A stretch of DNA of 64,000 nucleotides from Actinomycetota bacterium (lineage in GTDB: Bacteria > Actinomycetota > Actinomycetes > JACCUZ01): the NCBI GenBank assembly GCA_030841035.1, contig JAVEDI010000104.1, positions 9,445 through 73,444 on the forward strand. Direction: 5' to 3'. Below the pieces are notes generated by a model. That model was not told the origin of the DNA, made no database searches, and worked only from the letters and a program-made list of their open reading frames with translations. The position numbers and the translations under genes are program-made. Of the stretch, positions 8,448 to 16,348 are shown in pieces (position 1 is the first letter of the stretch; the number at the start of each line of letters is the position of its first letter).

Positions 8448-8903
8448 GGAAACGTTGGCCAACCCGAGAATACGCCGACTATGGCTCAGGAGGCCATAGT
8501 CGGCATGCTGCTGGCGTTGTCCAGGGAGCTTGAGCTCCCAGCTCGTCCTTGGCCACTAGTGGCAGCCTGCCAAACGTTGGCCAACGAGTTGCCACCGGAG
8601 TCGCCCTTCGTTGGTCACTTGGAGCGAGCCACTAGCACTCTGACCGGCGCGCAGGACGTCGAAGCATGGCTTCTCTCGCTTGCCGAGCGTGGGTCACTCC
8701 GGGCAGAGGGGCGCGCAAACGAGGCGCGCTGGATCGCGAGTCCGGACTGGTTGGCCAACTGGCAGGTCCCCGCCGCTGCGATCCAGGAGACAGAAGTCGG
8801 GGCTTGGGCTGCGGCCTCTCAGGCCCTAATGAGGTCCTTATCAATTTGGCGGAAGACTGTGTCGGCCGTGGCGAACGGGTCGGATCCGTCCGCCGAGCAC
8901 TGA
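8445..8903 (+). CDS. Hypothetical helical protein (uncertain gene)
   Basis: ATG 8445 is in frame within ORF 8163..8903; the part upstream of 8445 is antisense to the HTH gene. Its 3' end overlaps the convergent kinase gene by 85 nt, so one of the two ends may be wrong. Confidence 0.35.
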   Translation: MGNVGQPENTPTMAQEAIVGMLLALSRELELPARPWPLVAACQTLANELPPESPFVGHLERATSTLTGAQDVEAWLLSLAERGSLRAEGRANEARWIASPDWLANWQVPAAAIQETEVGAWAAASQALMRSLSIWRKTVSAVANGSDPSAEH

Positions 8904-9898
8904 CGCATGCGACGCCACCCCGACGCGTAGCGTCGCTCAGCCTCAACCCGCCACCCTCTGCCCCTGAGGGGGCGCGCGACGACCCGATAGGCGTTGCCGC
9001 CCCACTCCCCGTCCCACGCGGTTGTTTGGCCGTCAGTCGTCGGCCACTGCCAGTCAACGAATTCTGCTCGAGTAAGGGCTCTGATCATCTCGCTGGCAGC
9101 GTCGTAACGACCGTTTGCACCAGGCCGAGTCGACTTGCGCACGATCCGACGAAGCGAGTCCGGCACGTGCGGCTGGAACACGCTGTGTCGTGGCAGCACC
9201 GCCGAGCGGCCGCTCGCGAGACGTTCTGAGAGACCCTCCATGGTGTAGGTCTCATACGGGAACGGCCCCGAGAGCATCTCGGCCAGAGACATGCCCATGG
9301 AGTAGATGTCGGACTGAACCGTGTACAGCTGACCGATGAATGTCTCTGGTGGCGTCCAGAACTGTGGACTCAGCAATGGTGGGGCGGCTTCGCCGTCCAT
9401 GCGCATGGCTTCCCCGAGGTCGCCGACCTTGGCGACGGTTCCGTCCGACGTGAGAAAGAGGTTCGATGGCTTGAGGTCGCGGTGAAGCACTTTGTGAACA
9501 TCATGCAGGTGCGCGACGCCCCTCAGGCTGCGCAATGCGATGTCGCGGGCCTCGCCTGAACTGAATCGTCGTCCATTGACCATCGCGTCGAGGACGCTGC
9601 CCTGCTCGTAGTAAGGCATCATCATCTGAATCACAGCCAGCGTGCGGTCGGTGCCGGCGACCTCCGCGACGTCATAGATGTCCGCCACGTTGTCGTGGTC
9701 GATCTCTCGCAAGAAGGTGGCTTCCGTTGCGGCGAGTGTGTCTTCACGCCCGAGCAGACTGACTCTCTTGCCGACCTGCAGGGCCTGCGTGTAGATGTTT
9801 CTGTAGAGCCGGACCTCGCAGCTGCCGTAGTGCAGGGTCTTGAGCACCCCGTAGGGCAGCGTGAGGGTTCCTTCTGCGACGAGAACCTGTTTCGGCAT
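8819..9898 (-). CDS. Eukaryotic-like Ser/Thr protein kinase, cytoplasmic, with a Trp/Arg-rich C-terminal extension
   Basis: Catalytic loop HRDLKPSNLF, VGDLGEA (DFG equivalent) and TPPE (APE equivalent). No TM segment. ATG 9898 lies 4 nt after the stop of the upstream gene. Confidence 0.8.
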   Translation of the reverse strand: MPKQVLVAEGTLTLPYGVLKTLHYGSCEVRLYRNIYTQALQVGKRVSLLGREDTLAATEATFLREIDHDNVADIYDVAEVAGTDRTLAVIQMMMPYYEQGSVLDAMVNGRRFSSGEARDIALRSLRGVAHLHDVHKVLHRDLKPSNLFLTSDGTVAKVGDLGEAMRMDGEAAPPLLSPQFWTPPETFIGQLYTVQSDIYSMGMSLAEMLSGPFPYETYTMEGLSERLASGRSAVLPRHSVFQPHVPDSLRRIVRKSTRPGANGRYDAASEMIRALTRAEFVDWQWPTTDGQTTAWDGEWGGNAYRVVARPLRGRGWRVEAERRYASGWRRMRQCSADGSDPFATADTVFRQIDKDLIRA

Positions 9899-9902
9899 CC
9901 CT

Positions 9903-10472
9903 CTAGCCAATCTCGCGCGCAGTGACGAGCGCACTGGCAAACGCCGGAGCCCGGGTATCCCACTTGGGAGTTGGGTCGATCCCAAGTTCTTTGGCGACGA
10001 TGGGACGGAGTTCCTTGGAGGCAGGGGTCACTGCAAAGGTCTTCTTCACCATGTCGTGCGTCACTCGCACGACATCGGTCGACGTGCGTTGAGCCGCAAG
10101 CAACACGACCGCTTCCAGTTGCCCCCGTCGCCGCGCGTCGCTCGGGCTCATTGCTTGCTTGGAGGTACCAGCGTTCAACAGCGCGACGACTCTGGGCTTC
10201 AGCCTCACGAAAAGCGCCTGGAGGCTCTCCTCTAGCTCGGAGAGCGCTCGCGGTTCACCCAATTTGTGATCTTCGAGCGCGAGGCGATCAGCCCGGTCGT
10301 CGACGGGCTCGCCGCCTGTAGAGACCAGCCCAAACCAAACGACGCCCGCCGCCAGGTGGACGCCGAGGATCGGCGCGTCGTCTTTCGCCATGGCGATGAG
10401 TATGACTAGCGGTGACCGTTCTTGACTGGGGTTGTCAAAAGAGGCGCGCTCGGTGGGCCACACCTGGGCCAC
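9903..10472 (-). CDS. Hypothetical protein, first gene of the kinase operon
   Basis: 189-aa ORF (GTG 10472; alternative ATG 10391). The alternating beta/alpha pattern (ILGVHLA, VVWFGLV, ..VVALLNA, ..LEAVVLLAA) reads to me as an RNase H-like fold. Inference only. Confidence 0.5.
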   Translation of the reverse strand: MAQVWPTERASFDNPSQERSPLVILIAMAKDDAPILGVHLAAGVVWFGLVSTGGEPVDDRADRLALEDHKLGEPRALSELEESLQALFVRLKPRVVALLNAGTSKQAMSPSDARRRGQLEAVVLLAAQRTSTDVVRVTHDMVKKTFAVTPASKELRPIVAKELGIDPTPKWDTRAPAFASALVTAREIG

Positions 10473-10562
10473 AGAGCCACCCGCACCAGGAGCCTCCAGG
10501 ACCGTCCAAGCCAGCCGGGCGCAGGTAACGTGACCTGCGCGTTTGCGCGCAATCCCGAGGTA

Positions 10563-10652
10563 GTTGGGCGATGCATAGTGGCCTAGTGCGGCGGTCTTGA
10601 AAACCGCTATGAGGGGTGACTCTCATCGTGGGTTCGAATCCCACGCCCTCCG
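10563..10652 (+). tRNA. tRNA-Ser(UGA)-derived sequence with a defective acceptor stem (probable att remnant / pseudo-tRNA)
   Basis: Canonical D-arm (GCA TAGTGGCCTAG TGC), anticodon arm GCGGT-CTTGAAA-ACCGC (anticodon TGA), long variable arm and T-arm GTGGG-TTCGAAT-CCCAC. The 3' acceptor GCCCTCC needs GGAGGGC, but the 5' side reads GTTGGGC (5/7 pairs) with a 3-nt rather than 2-nt linker. Confidence 0.6.
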
Positions 10653-10743
10653 CCCGGCAGCACGCGGACACTGTCCTGCGGCTGCGCTCACGTGCGTACG
10701 CCGGAGACCGGTTCGCCCGGCTGCCCCCCGCTAGGCTGCGGAA

Positions 10744-11697
10744 ATGTCGCTGATCGTCACCCGCGGGCTGACCAAGAGGTTCGGTCGCGTGACGGCGCTT
10801 TCGGACCTCACCCTGGACATCCCACCCGGCGTGGTCGGCCTGGTCGGTGCCAACGGCGCCGGCAAGTCGACGCTGATCAAGATCCTGCTGGGCCTCTCGC
10901 AGGCCACCACGGGCACCGCCGAGGTCCTCGGCCTCGACGTCACGACGAACGGCGCGAAGATCCGCGAGGTCGTGGGCTACATGCCCGAGCACGACTGCCT
11001 GCCGCCGGACGTGTCGGCGACCGAGCTGGTGGTGCACATGGCGCGCATGTCGGGGCTCCCCACGACGGCGGCACGCGAGCGGGCCGCCGACACCCTGCGC
11101 CACGTCGGTCTCTATGAGGAGCGCTACCGGCCGATCAGCGGCTACTCCACCGGCATGCGGCAGCGGGTCAAGCTGGCGCAGGCACTGGTCCACGACCCGC
11201 GGCTGGTGATGCTCGACGAGCCGACCAACGGGCTCGACCCTGCCGGCCGCGACGACATGCTGGGGCTGATCCGGCGCATCGGCACCGTGTTCGGCATCTC
11301 GGTGCTCGTCACCTCCCATCTCATGGGTGAGCTCGAGCGGGTCTGCGACCACGTCGTCGTCATCGACGGCGGCACGCTCCTGCGATCGTCCTCGACGGCC
11401 GACGTGACGGCGGTGACCCAGCTGCTGCTGCTCGAGGTCGACGACGCGGTCGAGCAGGTCGCCGCCCGACTACGCGAGCTCGGCGTCGACGTACACCCGT
11501 CGGGCACGGCACTCGAGCTCGTGCTGCGCGGCGACGAGACGTACGACGCCGTGCGCGACGTGGTCGCCGAGCTGGGCGTGGGCCTGGTGCGGCTGGAGCG
11601 ACGCCGCCACCACATGCTCGACATCTTCCGACCCGACGGCGGCACACGCGTCGCGGCTGTGTCCGGCACCGGAGCGGGGGAGGTGCGCGGCGCATGA
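10744..11697 (+). CDS. ABC transporter ATP-binding protein
   Basis: Walker A GANGAGKST, signature YSTGMRQR, Walker B LVMLDEP. Confidence 0.9.
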   Translation: MSLIVTRGLTKRFGRVTALSDLTLDIPPGVVGLVGANGAGKSTLIKILLGLSQATTGTAEVLGLDVTTNGAKIREVVGYMPEHDCLPPDVSATELVVHMARMSGLPTTAARERAADTLRHVGLYEERYRPISGYSTGMRQRVKLAQALVHDPRLVMLDEPTNGLDPAGRDDMLGLIRRIGTVFGISVLVTSHLMGELERVCDHVVVIDGGTLLRSSSTADVTAVTQLLLLEVDDAVEQVAARLRELGVDVHPSGTALELVLRGDETYDAVRDVVAELGVGLVRLERRRHHMLDIFRPDGGTRVAAVSGTGAGEVRGA

Positions 11698-12572
11698 GCG
11701 AGACCGGCGTCATCCACGACATCGGCTACCGTCACTACGACGGCCCCCGACTGGGCTTGCGGTACATCACTCGCTCGCTGTTCGTGTCGAGCCTCAAAGG
11801 GGCCTACGGCTTCGGTCGCTCGGCGCGCTCCAAGGTCATGCCGCTGCTGCTGCTGGGCGTCATCACCCTGCCGGCGTTCGTCATCGCGGCGATCGTGACC
11901 ATCGGCAGCCTCGACACCCTGCCGCTGCAGTACACGCAGTACGCCGCCCGGCTGCAGCTGCTGATCGCCATCTTCGTCGCCGGGCAGGCACCGCAGATGG
12001 TGTCGCGCGACCTGCGCTTCGGTGTCGTCGCCCTGTACTTCTCCCGGCCACTGACCCGGCAGTCCTACGTGCAGGCCAAGTACGCCGCCATGGCCGCGGC
12101 CCTGTTCGTGCTGGTGACGATCCCGTTGCTGGTGCTCTACGTCGGTGCCCTGCTCGCGAAGCTCCCGGTCAGGCAGCAGACCAGTGACCTGGCCTACGGG
12201 CTGGTCGGTGCCGCGCTGCTCGCGCTGGTGCTGGCCGGGATCGGCCTGGTGATCGCGGCCTTCACACCGCGCCGCGGTCTCGGCGTCGCAGCCGTCATCG
12301 CGGTGCTGCTCGTGGCGACCGGGGTGGCTGCGACGTTGCAGGGCGTCGCTCGAGACCAGGGCAACGACACGATCGCCGGTTACGCCGGGCTGATCTCGCC
12401 GTTCACCCTCGTCGACGGCGTGCAGGTGTGGGCGTTCGGCTCGGACCCGGCCTCCCTGGCGGGGCCGCCCGGTACGACCGGTGGGCTGGTCTGTCTCGCC
12501 GTGACGTTGGCTGTCATCGCCGGCACGTACGGCCTGCTGCTGCTGCGCTACCGCAGGGTGTCGGTGTCGTGA
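11694..12572 (+). CDS. ABC-2 type transporter permease
   Basis: Multiple hydrophobic helices. The start overlaps the upstream ATPase stop (ATGA). Confidence 0.7.
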   Translation: MSETGVIHDIGYRHYDGPRLGLRYITRSLFVSSLKGAYGFGRSARSKVMPLLLLGVITLPAFVIAAIVTIGSLDTLPLQYTQYAARLQLLIAIFVAGQAPQMVSRDLRFGVVALYFSRPLTRQSYVQAKYAAMAAALFVLVTIPLLVLYVGALLAKLPVRQQTSDLAYGLVGAALLALVLAGIGLVIAAFTPRRGLGVAAVIAVLLVATGVAATLQGVARDQGNDTIAGYAGLISPFTLVDGVQVWAFGSDPASLAGPPGTTGGLVCLAVTLAVIAGTYGLLLLRYRRVSVS

Positions 12573-13543
12573 GCGTCCTGCGACTGGAGTCCGTCTCCCG
12601 CTGGTACGGCAACGTCGTCGCCGTCAACGACGTCACCATGACGATCGGTCCGGGCATCACCGGGCTGCTCGGTCCCAACGGTGCCGGCAAGTCGACCCTC
12701 ATCCACATGATGGGGGGCTTCCTGGCGCCGTCGTCAGGCAGCGTGACCCTCGACGGTGAGCGGGTGTGGCACAACGAGTCGATCTATCGCCAGGTCGGGC
12801 TGGTGCCCGAGCGCGAGGCGATGTACGACGTCGTCAGCGGCTGGTCCTTCACGCTGGCCAACGCCCGGCTGCACCAGCTGCCCGACCCCGAGGCCGCCGC
12901 ACGCCGCGCCCTCGAGGTCGTCGAGATGACCGACGCCGCCGACCGCGACATCTCGACGTACAGCAAGGGGATGAAGCAGCGGGTCAAGATGGCGTCCGCG
13001 CTCGTGCACGACCCGTCGGTGCTGCTGCTGGACGAGCCGTTCAACGGCATGGATCCCCGCCAGCGGCTGCACCTCATGGAGCTGTTGCGCAGCATGGGCG
13101 AGCAGGGCCGCACCGTGCTGTTCAGCTCTCACATCCTCGAGGAGGTCGAGCAGGTCGCCGGCACCATCGAGGTCATGGTGGCCGGCCGGCACGCTGCGTC
13201 CGGCGACTTCCGCGAGATACGGCGGCTGATGACCGAGCGGCCGCACCTCTACACGGTGCAGTCCAGCGACGACCGCGCCCTCGCCGCGCTGGTCATCGCC
13301 GACGGGTGCGCATCGGCGGTCGAGCTGGTGGCCGCCGACGCCGGCGTCAGCAGCGCGGCCGCGCGGCCGGGCCACGCGACGGGTGAGGGTGAGGTGGGGT
13401 CGCTGCGGGTGCAGGCGACCGACTACGGCAGGTTCGCGCACGTGCTGCCACGGCTGGCACGCGAGGGTGACATCCGGCTGTTCCAGGTGAGCCCCGCTGA
13501 CGAGTCGCTGGAGAGCGTGTTCGGCTACCTGGTGAACCGATGA
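12569..13543 (+). CDS. ABC transporter ATP-binding protein
   Basis: GTG 12569 overlaps the upstream stop (GTGA). Walker A GPNGAGKST, signature YSKGMKQR, Walker B LLLLDEP. Confidence 0.9.
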   Translation: MSVLRLESVSRWYGNVVAVNDVTMTIGPGITGLLGPNGAGKSTLIHMMGGFLAPSSGSVTLDGERVWHNESIYRQVGLVPEREAMYDVVSGWSFTLANARLHQLPDPEAAARRALEVVEMTDAADRDISTYSKGMKQRVKMASALVHDPSVLLLDEPFNGMDPRQRLHLMELLRSMGEQGRTVLFSSHILEEVEQVAGTIEVMVAGRHAASGDFREIRRLMTERPHLYTVQSSDDRALAALVIADGCASAVELVAADAGVSSAAARPGHATGEGEVGSLRVQATDYGRFAHVLPRLAREGDIRLFQVSPADESLESVFGYLVNR

Positions 13544-14268
13544 ACCGGACCGTTGCGCTGTTGACCGTCCGCACGTTGCTGGGCCGGCGACGGGCCTGGC
13601 TGCTGCTCGCGCTGCCGGCCGTGCTGCTGCTGCTCAGCGTCGTGATCCGCCTGACCGTGGGGTCCGACGAGGACGTCACCGTCGGCCTGCTCGGCGCGTT
13701 CGCGCTGGCGACGGTCGTGCCGCTGCTGGGGCTCATCGCCGGCACCGGCGCCATCGGTGCCGAGATCGACGACGGCTCGATCGTCTACCTGCTGTCCAAG
13801 CCGCTCAGTCGTCAGACGATCGTCACCACCAAGCTCGCCGTGGCCGTCGCCGTCATCGCCGGATTCGCTGCTGTGCCCGTCCTGGTTGCCGGGTTCGTGC
13901 TCTCGGGGGCGGCCGACCGGCTGGCGGTGGCCTACGCCCTCGGCGCGCTCATCGCCGGCGTGGCCTACTGCGCCCTGTTCCTGATGGTCGCCGTGCTCAC
14001 GCGCAACGCGGTGGTGATCGGGCTGCTCTACGCCCTGGTGTGGGAGTCGCTGGTCGGCAGCTTCGTGCCGGGGGCCCAGGCGCTGAGCATCCAGCAGTGG
14101 TCCCTGTCGGTGACCCGCGCGGTGGTCGGCCCGGCCGCCGAGGGCCTCGGCGTGACCTCGGCCGTCCGGCCGGCGGTCGCCGTACCGCTGCTCGTGCTGC
14201 TCGTCGTCGGCGCCACGCTCGCGGCCGGCCGCCGGCTGCGCTCCCTGCGCCTCACCGGAGACGAGTAA
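13540..14268 (+). CDS. ABC-2 type transporter permease
   Basis: Six hydrophobic segments. ATGA overlap with the upstream ATPase. Confidence 0.7.
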   Translation: MNRTVALLTVRTLLGRRRAWLLLALPAVLLLLSVVIRLTVGSDEDVTVGLLGAFALATVVPLLGLIAGTGAIGAEIDDGSIVYLLSKPLSRQTIVTTKLAVAVAVIAGFAAVPVLVAGFVLSGAADRLAVAYALGALIAGVAYCALFLMVAVLTRNAVVIGLLYALVWESLVGSFVPGAQALSIQQWSLSVTRAVVGPAAEGLGVTSAVRPAVAVPLLVLLVVGATLAAGRRLRSLRLTGDE

Positions 14269-14350
14269 CCGGCCCGCCTCCGCGCACCGGAGCGCTTGTG
14301 CGGCGGGCGCGCAGCGGTCAGGCTGACCCCGCGGTCCTGAAGGAGGCGTC

Positions 14351-15763
14351 GTGAGCGACTACGACTACGACCTGCTGGTGCTCGGCTCCGGTCCCGGTGG
14401 CCAGAAAGCCGCGATCGCCGCGGCCAAGCTCGGCTACCGCGCCGCCGTCGTCGAGCGCCGGCACATGCTCGGCGGGGTCTGCATCAACACCGGCACGGTG
14501 CCGTCCAAGACGCTGCGCGAGGCGGTCCTGTACCTGACCGGCCTGAACATGCGCGACCTCTACGGGCAGAGCTACCGGGTCAAGGACGACATCACGATCC
14601 AGGACCTGCTCTCCCGCACCCAGCACGTGATCGGGCGCGAGGTCGAGATCATCCGCAGCCAGCTGTTCCGCAACGGCGTGCACCTCATCCACGGCACCGG
14701 CCGGTTCGTCGACGACCACACCGTCGCCGTGCGACCGCACGACAGCGACACGGACCGCGTCGTGCGGTCGAGCAGGATAGTGATCGCCACCGGCACGCGG
14801 CCGGCGCGCCCGCCGGAGGTCGCGTTCGACGGGCAGCACATCGTCGACTCCGACGGCATCCTCGCCCTCGAGAAGGTCCCCGCCTCGATGGTCGTCGTCG
14901 GGGCCGGAGTGATCGGGGTGGAGTACGCGTCCATGTTCGCTGCGCTCGGCACCCGCGTCACGGTCGTGGAGCGCCGCAGCCAGATGCTCGAGTTCTGCGA
15001 CTCCGAGATCGTCGAGGCCCTCAAGTTCCATCTGCGCGACCTGTCTGTCACCTTCCGATTCGGCGAGTCGGTGGCCAAGGTGGAGGCGAGCGAGCGCGGC
15101 ACGGTCACGACGCTGGAGAGCGGCAAGCGCATCCCGGCCGACACCGTCATGTATTCGGCGGGCCGCCAGGGCACTACCGAGACGCTCGACCTGCACAATG
15201 CCGGGCTGAGCGCCGACGACCGCGGCCGCATCAAGGTCGGACCGGACTTCCGCACCGAGGTCGAGCACATCTACGCCGTCGGTGACGTGATCGGCTTCCC
15301 GGCACTGGCCTCGACGTCGATGGAGCAGGGCCGGCTGGCGGCGTACTGCGCGTTCGACGAGCCGGTCGACTCGCTGCTCGCCCTGCAGCCGATCGGCATC
15401 TACTCGATCCCCGAGATCAGCTATTGCGGTCAGACCGAGGACCAGCTGACCAAGTCGTCGGTGCCCTACGAGGTCGGCGTCTCGCGTTACCGCGAGCTCG
15501 CTCGCGGGCAGATCGTCGGCGACTCCTACGGCATGCTCAAGCTGCTCGTGTCGACGGAGACCCGTCAGCTGCTCGGCGTACACGTCTTCGGCACCACGGC
15601 CACCGAGCTCGTGCACATCGGGCAGGCGATCATGACGTGCGGCGGGACCGTCGACCACCTCGTCGACACCGTCTTCAACTACCCGACGCTCTCCGAGGCC
15701 TACAAGATCGCCGCGCTCGACGCCGCCAACAAGATGCGGGCGGTCGAGCGGCTGACGGGCTGA
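14351..15763 (+). CDS. sthA: Soluble pyridine nucleotide transhydrogenase
   Basis: GTG after GAAGGAGG. The N-terminus [14 protein letters not shown] and the motifs [20 protein letters not shown] and [11 protein letters not shown] are collinear with E. coli SthA as I recall it. Confidence 0.85.
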   Translation: MSDYDYDLLVLGSGPGGQKAAIAAAKLGYRAAVVERRHMLGGVCINTGTVPSKTLREAVLYLTGLNMRDLYGQSYRVKDDITIQDLLSRTQHVIGREVEIIRSQLFRNGVHLIHGTGRFVDDHTVAVRPHDSDTDRVVRSSRIVIATGTRPARPPEVAFDGQHIVDSDGILALEKVPASMVVVGAGVIGVEYASMFAALGTRVTVVERRSQMLEFCDSEIVEALKFHLRDLSVTFRFGESVAKVEASERGTVTTLESGKRIPADTVMYSAGRQGTTETLDLHNAGLSADDRGRIKVGPDFRTEVEHIYAVGDVIGFPALASTSMEQGRLAAYCAFDEPVDSLLALQPIGIYSIPEISYCGQTEDQLTKSSVPYEVGVSRYRELARGQIVGDSYGMLKLLVSTETRQLLGVHVFGTTATELVHIGQAIMTCGGTVDHLVDTVFNYPTLSEAYKIAALDAANKMRAVERLTG

Positions 15764-15829
15764 CTCCCCGGAAGCCGTGCGTGGCCCTTGTCCGCTACGC
15801 CCGGATCGTCCTAGGGTGGGGCCCGGACC

Positions 15830-15845
15830 ACTGGTCTAGTCCACC
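15830..15845. promoter_or_regulatory. dre-like (DasR-responsive-element-like) operator
   Basis: ACTGGTCTAGTCCACC matches the Streptomyces dre consensus ACTGGTCTAGACCACT at 14/16 positions. It ends 11 nt before the PTS IIB start. Confidence 0.5.
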
Positions 15846-15856
15846 TGGAGGTGCCG

Positions 15857-16348
15857 ATGCCCGTCACCCACCTGCGTATCGACAACCGGCTGATCCACGG
15901 CCAGGTCACCGTGTCGTGGGTGGGCGTCCTGGATGCCAACCACCTGATCGTCACCAACGACGAGGTGGCGGCCGACGAGATGCAGCGACTGATCCTGCCG
16001 CAGGCGGCGCGCGGCGTGAAGACCTCGGTGCTCGGCGTGCAGGACACCATCGACTACTGCACCGGTGAGAACGCCGCGGACGAGCGCATCATGGTCATCG
16101 CCAAGCTGCCGAGCGACGCCCTGGCGCTGGTCGAGGGCGGCGTGCGCCCCGACGAGATCAACGTCGGCAACCAGGCGCCTCGCCCGGCCAGCAAGTTCAC
16201 GATGGTCACCCGGTCGATCGCCGTGACCGCCGAGGACGCGAAGACGTTCCGCGCGATCGCGGACCGCGGCTTCACGCTTCACCAACGGATGATGCCGACC
16301 GACCGCGACCACGACTTCCTGCGGGTGCTCGAGGACAAGGGACTGTGA
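15857..16348 (+). CDS. PTS mannose/sorbose-family EIIB component
   Basis: Motif RIDNRLIHGQV (phospho-His region). ATG 15857 follows GGAGG. Alternative GTG at 15851. Confidence 0.85.
   Translation: MPVTHLRIDNRLIHGQVTVSWVGVLDANHLIVTNDEVAADEMQRLILPQAARGVKTSVLGVQDTIDYCTGENAADERIMVIAKLPSDALALVEGGVRPDEINVGNQAPRPASKFTMVTRSIAVTAEDAKTFRAIADRGFTLHQRMMPTDRDHDFLRVLEDKGL

Larger units (their letters stand above)
1..10562. mobile_element. Integrated phage-derived element (prophage remnant or capsid-encoding phage satellite); left end lies outside the window
   Basis: One block holds capsid-like, excisionase-HTH, Toprim/AAA primase-helicase, small-terminase-like, serine recombinase and tyrosine integrase genes. 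Third-codon-position GC is visibly lower than in the flanking chromosome. The block ends at a tRNA-Ser-derived sequence (10563-10652). Confidence 0.7.

Noticed and set aside
10563-10652. Selenocysteine tRNA (long variable arm, odd acceptor stem)
   Set aside because: The anticodon loop CTTGAAA gives anticodon UGA (reads UCA, Ser), not UCA. The arm lengths are those of ordinary class II tRNA-Ser.
10744-14268. Duplicated ATPase-permease-ATPase-permease ABC-2 operon as a novel system
   Set aside because: All four genes have standard motifs and overlapping junctions, and the architecture is common for actinobacterial ABC-2 exporters. Nothing unusual is visible beyond the unknown substrate.
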